From the NCBI GenBank assembly GCA_023133275.1, contig JAGLWU010000010.1, positions 1 through 40,218 of the forward strand: DNA of 40,218 nt. The letters run 5' to 3'. Every line of letters begins with the position of its first letter. Position 1 is the first letter of the stretch. Below the pieces are notes generated by a model. The model was given only the letters and a program-made list of their open reading frames with translations, was not told the origin of the DNA and made no database searches. Position numbers and translations under genes: made by a program. Source of the DNA: Candidatus Moraniibacteriota bacterium. GTDB lineage: Bacteria; Patescibacteriota; Minisyncoccia; Moranbacterales; GCA-2747515. Positions 8,829 to 16,520 of this stretch are shown piece by piece.

Positions 8829-9953
8829 ATGTTTTTTGATCTTCAAAATAATAAACAAAAAGAAGAATATCAGAATTTTTTAAGAATTACTGGTTGTCTT
8901 TCTAATTTATTCTCAGATTCAAATGTTCCGTATTTGTATTATCGAGTTGCTGAAAAAGTTTTTTGTCGTGCATTTGAAGCTGAAGATTTATCTAGGAGTG
9001 ATGTTTCTGCAGATGCAAAAAAAGAAAAATTAGGAATAGGTTTAAAAACTTTTTTAATTGGAAATGATAAATCTTTTCAGAAAGTAGCTGAATTTAATAG
9101 TGACAGATCTTTATACATAAATTTAGAAAAAGAAAAATTAATTAGAAAAGTTTCTAAATTAAGAAATGCTAGAATTGATTTTACTGAAAATGCTCATGGA
9201 TTGGATAATTCTATTTATCATTGTGTTTTGAGAGATTCTGGGAAATTTAAAGTTTTTGAGGAATCTATGGACAGGGTTGATATTGATAATATTAAAATTA
9301 CAAGAGAAAATAAAAATTCAATTATTTTTGAAGATGGTAAAAATGAATATTCTTTCTTACTTTCAAAAAGCACTTTAACAAAAAGATTTGTAACAGAGAA
9401 AATAATTGATGAATTTGAAGTTAAAATTTTAAAGGATCCTTTACTAGAATTAAGTGAAATTTTGTTGAATGGTAATTTATTGATGCCGAATGAACAAAGA
9501 ATAAAACAAACAGTTTATTTGCCTTTGTATGGTAAAAATCATATTGTTTTTGAAAGAAGTGGATTGAATCAGTGGAATGCTGGGGGCAGAGATAGACATT
9601 CAGACGAAGTTTATATTCCAGTACCAGCTAAAATTCATAAAAATTTTCCAAATTTTTTCCCAGATAGGGATATTCCTTTTTCTTTAATTTTTCCTGATGG
9701 TGAAAAGGTTGAATCTAAGATATGCCAGCAAGGTAAAAAAGCATTGATGACAAGTCCAAATAAAAAGTTAGGAAAATTAATTTTAAGAGACGGTTTAAAA
9801 TTAAAAGAAGGAGAATTAGCTACCTATGAACGATTGCAGTTATTGGGTATTGATTCAGTTAGAATTGATAAAGTTAGCAATGATGAATTTGAAATAAATT
9901 TTGCAAAAAATGGAAGTTACGAATTTTTTGGTCAAAATAATCTTGAAAAATAG
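8829..9953 (+). CDS. Type II restriction endonuclease, NgoFVII-family-like
   Basis: Starts 2 bp after the MTase; PD-(D/E)XK-like SADAK...GIGLKTF; C-terminal SGLNQWNAGGR...EVYIP motif. Confidence 0.75.
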   Translation: MFFDLQNNKQKEEYQNFLRITGCLSNLFSDSNVPYLYYRVAEKVFCRAFEAEDLSRSDVSADAKKEKLGIGLKTFLIGNDKSFQKVAEFNSDRSLYINLEKEKLIRKVSKLRNARIDFTENAHGLDNSIYHCVLRDSGKFKVFEESMDRVDIDNIKITRENKNSIIFEDGKNEYSFLLSKSTLTKRFVTEKIIDEFEVKILKDPLLELSEILLNGNLLMPNEQRIKQTVYLPLYGKNHIVFERSGLNQWNAGGRDRHSDEVYIPVPAKIHKNFPNFFPDRDIPFSLIFPDGEKVESKICQQGKKALMTSPNKKLGKLILRDGLKLKEGELATYERLQLLGIDSVRIDKVSNDEFEINFAKNGSYEFFGQNNLEK

Positions 9954-9977
9954 AAAAGAATTTGAGTAAATTAAAAA

Positions 9978-10235
9978 ATGACCTACTACGTCTACATCCT
10001 AAAATGCTCCGACCAAACACTCTACACAGGAATAACTACAGACCCAAAACGACGAATCCACGAACACAACAATTCCAATAAATTAGGTGCAAAATACACC
10101 CGACCTAGACGACCAGTAAAATTAGTCTACACTAAAAAATACAAAACACGCTCAGAAGCAACTAAAGAAGAAATCAGAATCAAAAAACTTTCACGAGAAA
10201 GCAAAAAATTATTAATCACAAAAAATACTTTTTAA
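9978..10235 (+). CDS. GIY-YIG nuclease family protein (UPF0213/YhbQ-like)
   Basis: YYVYILKCSDQTLYTGITTD..RR..EHN, GAKYTR, A.KEE..IK. Confidence 0.9.
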   Translation: MTYYVYILKCSDQTLYTGITTDPKRRIHEHNNSNKLGAKYTRPRRPVKLVYTKKYKTRSEATKEEIRIKKLSRESKKLLITKNTF

Positions 10236-10289
10236 ATAATTTATCATTTTTGTGTAGATTAAATTATTCTTAAAAAAGTTTAACGCTCA

Positions 10290-10298
10290 TGCTATAAT
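10290..10298 (+). promoter_or_regulatory. Extended -10 promoter element of gpmA
   Basis: TGCTATAAT. Confidence 0.55.
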
Positions 10299-10336
10299 AT
10301 TAAAATGATATTTATAATTTAAATAAAATATTTTTT

Positions 10337-11023
10337 ATGGGAAAATTAATATTAGTTCGACACGGTGAATCAAAATGGAATAAAAAACAAATCTTCACTG
10401 GTTGGGTAGACATAACTCTAACCAGAAAAGGTATCGATGAAATTCAAGTGCTTGCAAAAAAGTTAAGAAAAATTAAATTTGATTTAATGTTTGCTTCTTG
10501 TCTTGAGCGAGCACAGGCTACATTATTACTAATTGCATCGGAGCAAGAAAAAACTGCAATTTTTATGCACGAAGAAAAAAAATATAATGCTAATGCAGAT
10601 AGTAATCATAGCATTCCTATTTTTACAGATTGTGATTTAAATGAAAGATATTACGGTTCATTGCAAGGAATGAAAAAGGAATTAGCAAGAGAGAGGTTTG
10701 GAGAAAAGCAAGTTTGCAAGTGGCGACGTTCATATAAATCACGTCCTCCAGAAGGCGAGAGTTTGCAGGATGTTTGTTGTCGGGTGAAAGCATTTTTTGA
10801 AGAAAATATTAAGCCAGTGTTGGATAATGATAAAAATGTTTTGATTAGTGCTCACGGAAATAGTTTGCGTGCTTTAATTAAATATATTGATAATATTTCA
10901 GATGATGAAATTGCACATCTTGAATTAGCTCCGGGAGATATGATTTCGTACACTATTGAAAATAAAAAGTTGATTAAAGATGACGGTGGTCATAAATTTA
11001 CGAGACCGTTGGAATGGAAGTAG
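10337..11023 (+). CDS. gpmA: 2,3-bisphosphoglycerate-dependent phosphoglycerate mutase
   Basis: LVRHGESKWN, FTGWVD, LNERYYGSLQG, WRRSY, AHGNSLRAL. Confidence 0.93.
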   Translation: MGKLILVRHGESKWNKKQIFTGWVDITLTRKGIDEIQVLAKKLRKIKFDLMFASCLERAQATLLLIASEQEKTAIFMHEEKKYNANADSNHSIPIFTDCDLNERYYGSLQGMKKELARERFGEKQVCKWRRSYKSRPPEGESLQDVCCRVKAFFEENIKPVLDNDKNVLISAHGNSLRALIKYIDNISDDEIAHLELAPGDMISYTIENKKLIKDDGGHKFTRPLEWK

Positions 11024-11130
11024 TTAGCAGTGAGTGTTTTTTTGAGATGATGTTTAAATAAGTTTATAGAAAATGTAAGTTTAACGAATTTTTTTGAGAT
11101 GAAAGTTTAATAAAATAAATAGCAAATAAA

Positions 11131-11862
11131 ATGGAAAATGAAAAACAACAAAATTTATTATTTTTAGATGTTGAAGCGACAGGATTAGAAAAAGAAGATC
11201 GGTTAGTTCAAGTAGCTTATTCTTACAAAGGAGAAGAGCAAGAACAAATGTTTAAACCAGAGGAGCAAGAAATGTGTGTGCGAGCGATGGAAGTAACTCA
11301 CATTACTAATAAACATTTAGCAGATAAAAAATCTTTTCAAGGATCAGATTTTTATGAAAAACTTAAAATAATTTTAGAAAAGGATGAAACTATTTTTATA
11401 GCACATAATGCACCTTACGATATTGAAATGATTGAAAAAGAAAATCTAAAAACTGGAAAATTTATCGACACTTTTAAAATTGTACAGCATTTAGACACAG
11501 AAGCGAAAATTCCTTTTTATCGTTTACAATATTTACGTTATCATTTTGGAATGGAGGTTGATGCAAATGCTCACGACGCTTTAGGTGATGTTCGAGTTTT
11601 AGTAGCTTTATTCGAAAAATTGTATGATGAGATGAGTGAAAAATTATCTCACGAAGAAGTTATTGAAAAAATGATAAAAATTTCTAGTGAAGCAACTTTA
11701 ATTAAACGTATTAATTTTGGAAAGCATAAAGGCGAGTTAATTTCAGATGTGGCACGAAAAGATAAAGGTTATTTGCAATGGCTTTTGCAACAGAAAGAAT
11801 TTGCGGCAACGAATGACGATGTGGATGCAGATTGGATTTATACTTTGAGAAAATATGTTTAA
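11131..11862 (+). CDS. DEDDh 3'-5' exonuclease (ExoX-like, with C-terminal FGKHKG module)
   Basis: DVEATG, AHNAPYD, AHDALGD, FGKHKG...YLQWL. Confidence 0.85.
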   Translation: MENEKQQNLLFLDVEATGLEKEDRLVQVAYSYKGEEQEQMFKPEEQEMCVRAMEVTHITNKHLADKKSFQGSDFYEKLKIILEKDETIFIAHNAPYDIEMIEKENLKTGKFIDTFKIVQHLDTEAKIPFYRLQYLRYHFGMEVDANAHDALGDVRVLVALFEKLYDEMSEKLSHEEVIEKMIKISSEATLIKRINFGKHKGELISDVARKDKGYLQWLLQQKEFAATNDDVDADWIYTLRKYV

Positions 11863-11877
11863 ATAGTTTTGATAGAG

Positions 11878-11886
11878 TTATCCACA
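11878..11886 (+). promoter_or_regulatory. Consensus DnaA box
   Basis: TTATCCACA, intergenic, 13 bp upstream of a promoter -35. Confidence 0.4.
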
Positions 11887-11899
11887 GTTTTCAATTTGT

Positions 11900-11928
11900 T
11901 TGCGAAAAAAAGTGAATGGGTGTAATAT
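11900..11928 (+). promoter_or_regulatory. Putative sigma70 promoter of the large surface-protein gene
   Basis: TTGCGA, 17-bp spacer, TAATAT. Confidence 0.55.
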
Positions 11929-12019
11929 GAATTATGTAGGAGAATTTAAAATATATTATTTATTATTTCTAATAAATAAATGTCAAATATATATAAAAAT
12001 AATTAATAAAATAAAATCT

Positions 12020-15000
12020 ATGAATAGAATAAGTTTTTTCGTTTTAGTTTTGTGCTTGTCATTATTTTCATTTAATGTCATGGCTCAGAGTCAGGAGGAA
12101 GTATTAGTCGATGGGTTACCAGCGGATGCAGTCGTTACTGAAATAGAAATGGTAGAAATTGCAAATGTTAATTTTAATGACATTTTTATTAAAGAGCAAA
12201 GTGGAAATAAATTCACTATTGTTTTTGATATTTATAATGGACAGGGAGTTCAACCAGATATGCGTTATGGTATTAAACTGATTAACAAGACTTCATCAAA
12301 ATCAAATCCGAATAGTAGTTTTGTTGATGAAAAAGTATATGATGAAATATTTTCGATGGAGTCAGAATCATCTTTAAAGGAAGAATTTGTTTATGAAGCA
12401 CCAGAAGGATTGAAAGGCGTATATCATTTATATTTTTCTATAAAAAATTCGAACGGTCTTTCTTTGGCGTTAATGGATTTAGGTGAAGTTAGTTTTACAG
12501 GAGGTAAAAATAATATTAAATTAAATCTAGATGATTCTAAATGTTATGTTAATGTTGTAGGAGAAGAAAAGAAATATATTTTAAGTGAGGGCGTTGATAT
12601 TAACCCATCGGAAAATATTGAATTAGTATGTTTTGTTAAAAATAAATCAGCAAATAATGTAGATGCTTCAGTTAATTTTGAGGTTAGAAACAGATCTACT
12701 TTCGGAGATAAAGTTAAAGTAAAAGAAGAACAACAAGTATTTAATTTTGCAGGAGGTGGAGAAAAAGAAATTAAGATAAAAATTCCAGTTGTACAGAAAC
12801 CTCAGGCTTATAGTGTGAACGTTTCTTTTTTAGATGAAGAAAAAAATGCAGTTTCAAATGTTCTGAATGTTCATTATGTTGTGGCGGGAGAGAGTGCATC
12901 TATTATAAATGTTATTTTTGATAAAAATGAGTATAAAAAAGGTGATAAAATTATGGGCAAGATTTCACTTTCTCAATCAGCTGATAGTTTTGCTGGATCT
13001 AGGTTAGGTGGTACACAAACAAAAGGATTGAAATACAATTTAGATATTGAAAATGACAAAAATATAAGTTGTATAGAATCAGTTCAAAATAAATCTATTG
13101 ATAATGAGGCGAATGAAATTGTAATTGATTCTAAAGCGGTGGTTGATTGCACTAATCCTAATGCTTCAATTGTAATAATGGATGCTGATGGGAATGTTTT
13201 AGATAGTCAATCATATAAAATGTTTTATGATAAAAGTTTAGAAATGACTGAGAATAAAAAAACAGGCTTTACCGATTTAAAAAATAATACAGGTTGGATT
13301 GTTGGTGGAATAATTTTATTTTTAATACTAATAGTTACTATAATTATGCTTATAAAAAATAGAAAAGGTAGTGTTCTTGGTTTATTAATGTTAATGTTGT
13401 TTTCTGGACTTTTTTCTTTCCATAAGGTTGAGGCAATTACTCTTTCGGCAGATAAGGCGACATTTACTGTAAGTATTAACAGTACTTCTTATGCACCAAA
13501 AGGAGATATAAAAGTTTGTGGAAAGGGTGTTATAACTTCTTGTTGGAATGAAATGTATGCTGGAGCTTCGGCAAATGGGACAGATTTTTTATATACGCAT
13601 GTTAAAGATGGAGATGGAGGGGGCAAAACATTTGAATGGCCTATAGATTACAACTGTAAAACAATAAAAGCTGCAAAAACTTGTGGTAATCATTGTGTTG
13701 ATATAGATGTTGTTTTTTGGCATTTAACTAGCTCTGGATGGAATAAATATACTGATAGTAAAGAAATATGTTATACAATTCCTGATTCATATTGTGAAGT
13801 TAAAGTGAATGGACAATGTAATAGCGTATATAACGGACAAGTAGTAGATTCAAAGCCAACTTCAGGTTTATGTACTGCAGGTACAACTTCAGGCGTTTCA
13901 GGAGCAGGTCTTTTAACTAATCCATGGAAATGGTCTTGTAGTGGTTCTGGAGGTGGGAGTACAGCAAGCTGTTCAGCAACTCAGACTCCATCAGATGGAC
14001 AATGTAATAGCGAATACAATGGACAAACAGTAGATTCAAAACCAACTTCAGGTTTATGTGAAAATGGTACGGCTTCAGTCATCTCAGGAGAAGGATCTTT
14101 AACTAATCCATGGAAATGGTCATGTGATGGAATTAATGGTGGAGTACTTGAAAATTGTTCAGCTAGAAGAGCTTGTGGAACTGCTGCAAAAACTTTTACA
14201 GAACAGTATGTTGTGCCTAGTGAATGGTCAAGCCCTGTTGAAGGATATTTTTGTCCAGCTGGAACAGTTGCAACACCAACTAATCCAGAATTTCCACAAG
14301 CAGGTAGCACAACGATTTGGCAGTGTGATGGCAGTGATGGTAGTAGTGATTCTTGTTTAGCAACAAATGATGCCATTGTTCCGACATGTCCAGCGTGGGA
14401 TGGTACTGTTATGACGAGAGAGACTCTTGAAGGAAAAACAGATGAACAATTATGTGGTCCAAATGGTAAATTAAAAGAAGGAACAAGTTTTGTGTCAAAT
14501 GATATATACTGGAATTGGTCATGCGTACTTAATATGGATCCTTTGCCTGCTGGAGTTAATGCTGATGATGTTTTTGCAGAATGCAAAGCTGAAAACTGTT
14601 TAGCAAATACAACTTTCAATGAGGAACTTTATGTTTATTTCAAGGAAGATGGAACAGTTGACCCAGCTAAATTCTTTATAGAAAGTGATTGTCCAGATTT
14701 ATGTTGTGTTTATAAAAATGATAGTTCGGGAGAAGAGGTAAAAGTTGGTACTTGTGATGGAGAGGATTTAAAAGAAGGTGAAATAGTTGTAGATGGTCAT
14801 CCAGATGAAATAATAAAGAAATGTACAGGAGGTCCAGAAGATGAATGTGATGATTATGATTGTCCAGATGGAGATGATTGTCCAGAGGATTGCAAGGATT
14901 CAATTGATTGTGATGATTATGACTGTCCAAGTGGAGATGACTGTCCAGATAGTTGTAAAAGTTTAGAAGAAAGCCTAACTATCCAATGTGTATGTACAGC

Positions 15001-15136
15001 TAATAGATGTACTGCTCAAGGATCATGTGCTGCGACTCCAGTTTTTGCAAGTTCTATTGCAGACGCCAACTGTTCAAGCGAATGTTCTTCTGACTCTGAT
15101 TGCGGAGATGGAGGTGTTGTAACAGAGAAAAACTAA
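12020..15136 (+). CDS. Large surface protein: signal peptide, beta-rich (Ig-like) domains, TM helix, second signal-like segment, Cys-rich repeat region
   Basis: Start moved from TTG 11900 to ATG 12020 (MNRISFFVLVLCLSLFSFNVMA|Q); TM GWIVGGIILFLILIVTIIMLI; Cys-rich C-terminal half. Confidence 0.75.
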   Translation: MNRISFFVLVLCLSLFSFNVMAQSQEEVLVDGLPADAVVTEIEMVEIANVNFNDIFIKEQSGNKFTIVFDIYNGQGVQPDMRYGIKLINKTSSKSNPNSSFVDEKVYDEIFSMESESSLKEEFVYEAPEGLKGVYHLYFSIKNSNGLSLALMDLGEVSFTGGKNNIKLNLDDSKCYVNVVGEEKKYILSEGVDINPSENIELVCFVKNKSANNVDASVNFEVRNRSTFGDKVKVKEEQQVFNFAGGGEKEIKIKIPVVQKPQAYSVNVSFLDEEKNAVSNVLNVHYVVAGESASIINVIFDKNEYKKGDKIMGKISLSQSADSFAGSRLGGTQTKGLKYNLDIENDKNISCIESVQNKSIDNEANEIVIDSKAVVDCTNPNASIVIMDADGNVLDSQSYKMFYDKSLEMTENKKTGFTDLKNNTGWIVGGIILFLILIVTIIMLIKNRKGSVLGLLMLMLFSGLFSFHKVEAITLSADKATFTVSINSTSYAPKGDIKVCGKGVITSCWNEMYAGASANGTDFLYTHVKDGDGGGKTFEWPIDYNCKTIKAAKTCGNHCVDIDVVFWHLTSSGWNKYTDSKEICYTIPDSYCEVKVNGQCNSVYNGQVVDSKPTSGLCTAGTTSGVSGAGLLTNPWKWSCSGSGGGSTASCSATQTPSDGQCNSEYNGQTVDSKPTSGLCENGTASVISGEGSLTNPWKWSCDGINGGVLENCSARRACGTAAKTFTEQYVVPSEWSSPVEGYFCPAGTVATPTNPEFPQAGSTTIWQCDGSDGSSDSCLATNDAIVPTCPAWDGTVMTRETLEGKTDEQLCGPNGKLKEGTSFVSNDIYWNWSCVLNMDPLPAGVNADDVFAECKAENCLANTTFNEELYVYFKEDGTVDPAKFFIESDCPDLCCVYKNDSSGEEVKVGTCDGEDLKEGEIVVDGHPDEIIKKCTGGPEDECDDYDCPDGDDCPEDCKDSIDCDDYDCPSGDDCPDSCKSLEESLTIQCVCTANRCTAQGSCAATPVFASSIADANCSSECSSDSDCGDGGVVTEKN
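13809..14163 (+). repeat. Intragenic tandem duplication, 186-bp (62-aa) period
   Basis: ATGGACAATGTAATAGCG...CCAACTTCAGGTTTATGT...TTAACTAATCCATGGAAATGGTC starting at 13809 and 13995. Confidence 0.9.
14846..14959 (+). repeat. Intragenic repeat, 63-bp (21-aa) period, CDDYDCPxGDDCPxxCK twice
   Basis: Copies start at 14846 and 14909. Confidence 0.85.
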
Positions 15137-15171
15137 TTAATTTGATATTTTAAATTCATTTTAATTAATAA

Positions 15172-15199
15172 TAAAAACCACTCGAAAGGGTGGTTTTTA
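15172..15199 (+). terminator. Intrinsic terminator, potentially bidirectional
   Basis: TAAAAACCACTC-GAAA-GGGTGGTTTTTA hairpin with GNRA loop. Confidence 0.85.
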
Positions 15200-15296
15200 A
15201 TTACCTTATATTTTTTTGTCATAACTTGCAACGATGAGAATTTATTTAAAAATATTTTTTATTTAAAATATTGTCTGAAGAGATTTGATGTAAATA

Positions 15297-15305
15297 TGTT
15301 ATAAT
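15297..15305 (+). promoter_or_regulatory. Extended -10 promoter of trmD (nearly leaderless)
   Basis: TGTTATAAT 9 bp before the ATG. Confidence 0.55.
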
Positions 15306-15314
15306 ATAAAATAT

Positions 15315-16016
15315 ATGAATTTTCACATAATTACAATTTTTCCAGAAATTTTTGATTCCTATTTTTCAGAGTCAATTATTGGACGTGCTCAAAAAAAAAG
15401 TTTAATTAATATTAAAGTTTATAATTTGCGTGATTTTTCTGAAAATAAACACAAAAATATTGACGACACTCCTTATGGTGGTGGAGCGGGAATGGTTATG
15501 AATGTGAAACCTATTTTTAAAGCGATTAATCATATTAAAAATAAAATAATTTTTGAGGGAAGAGAAGTTGAAAAAGTTAGAACGATTTTGTTTGCGGCGA
15601 AAGGGAAAAAATATTCCCAGCAAGATACGGTTCGTTTTAATGATGATTTTACTGATTTAATTTTTATTTGCGGACGATATGAAGGTGTGGATGAACGGGT
15701 TGCTAAATATATTGCTGATGAGGAAATTTCTATTGGGGAATATGTTTTGACTGGGGGGGAAATTCCGGCGATGGTTGTGGTGGATTCTGTCTCTCGGTTA
15801 GTGCCAAATGTTTTGGGTAATAAGGAATCGTTAAATGAAGAGAGTTTTTCTTTTCAAAATGATTTGAATAATTCTGATGATGTTAATTTTAAAAAAAAAT
15901 TAGAGTATCCACAATACACGAAACCCAGAGAATTTAATGGTTGGAAAGTTCCAGAAATTTTATTAAGTGGTGATCATGGAAAAATTAAAAAGTGGAGGGA
16001 AAATAATAGATTTTGA
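15315..16016 (+). CDS. trmD: tRNA (guanine37-N1)-methyltransferase
   Basis: DDTPYGGGAGMV, CGRYEGVDER, SIGEYVLTGGE, LEYPQYTKP, LLSGDH. Confidence 0.97.
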   Translation: MNFHIITIFPEIFDSYFSESIIGRAQKKSLINIKVYNLRDFSENKHKNIDDTPYGGGAGMVMNVKPIFKAINHIKNKIIFEGREVEKVRTILFAAKGKKYSQQDTVRFNDDFTDLIFICGRYEGVDERVAKYIADEEISIGEYVLTGGEIPAMVVVDSVSRLVPNVLGNKESLNEESFSFQNDLNNSDDVNFKKKLEYPQYTKPREFNGWKVPEILLSGDHGKIKKWRENNRF

Positions 16017-16100
16017 AAAAGCATCAAGATTTAATAATTAAAAATTATTCGGAATCTAGGAAACTGTAAGATTAACAATGAAACTTTTAATTTTAATCTA

Positions 16101-16160
16101 AGATCCTGAATGAATTATTTAATTTTTTTACAAAAAATAAAATAATTTTTCAGGATGATA
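16101..16160. repeat. Long imperfect hairpin, REP-like palindromic element
   Basis: ATCCTGAA (16103-16110) pairs with TTCAGGAT (16149-16156), enclosing AATTATTT/AAATAATT and ATTTTTT/AAAAAAT. Confidence 0.6.
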
Positions 16161-16250
16161 TGACTTGAAAGACTTAAAAGTTTTATGATTTACCATTTTG
16201 GATTGAAAATTTTAAACCTTTGCATTACAATGATAAAAAATATTTTAGAA

Positions 16251-16282
16251 TTTCAACAAGTAGTCATGACTACTTGTTGAAA
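16251..16282. repeat. Perfect 32-bp loopless palindrome
   Basis: TTTCAACAAGTAGTCA|TGACTACTTGTTGAAA. Confidence 0.95.
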
Positions 16283-16300
16283 AGCCCGTGCGGCGAGCAC
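16281..16300 (+). repeat. Dispersed 20-bp motif, copy 2
   Basis: AAAGCCCGTGCGGCGAGCAC. Confidence 0.95.
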
Positions 16301-16304
16301 TTTT

Positions 16305-16332
16305 TTGATTTTTTTAAAAAAAAGTGTAAAAT
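16305..16332 (+). promoter_or_regulatory. Putative promoter upstream of proS
   Basis: TTGATT, 16-bp spacer, TAAAAT. Confidence 0.45.
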
Positions 16333-16520
16333 GGATGTAGACTAAGAAATTTTTGTTTTATGATTATTTTGTTGTCAGAAAATTTACTTAAAAACAATAT
16401 TCCCGTTGGGGTGTATTAAATAATGAAGTTTAAAGACCTTAGGTTTTTTTGGATGATTGCAATTAATGATTTTATTCAAAAAATTTAAAGCAGAAAATAT
16501 AATTTATTTAATTTAATATT

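Noticed and set aside
11037-11102. 14-bp direct repeat TTTTTTTGAGATGA, 52 bp apart
   Set aside because: Half of it is homopolymer and there are only two copies; probably a local duplication.
11900-12019. ORF-track N-terminal extension of the 1078-aa protein
   Set aside because: The TTG start is the -35 box of a promoter, and the signal peptide begins at ATG 12020.
11863-12019. Replication origin
   Set aside because: Only one DnaA box, with no dnaA/dnaN context and no window-wide change in gene orientation.
13809-14163. Repeat pair as a DGR template/variable repeat
   Set aside because: Both copies are in-frame and tandem, differences are not confined to adenines, and no reverse transcriptase is present in the window.
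13981-14619. 212-aa minus-strand ORF and the other short shadow ORFs inside long genes
   Set aside because: They are antisense or out-of-frame overlaps of well-supported genes and show no motifs or expression signals.
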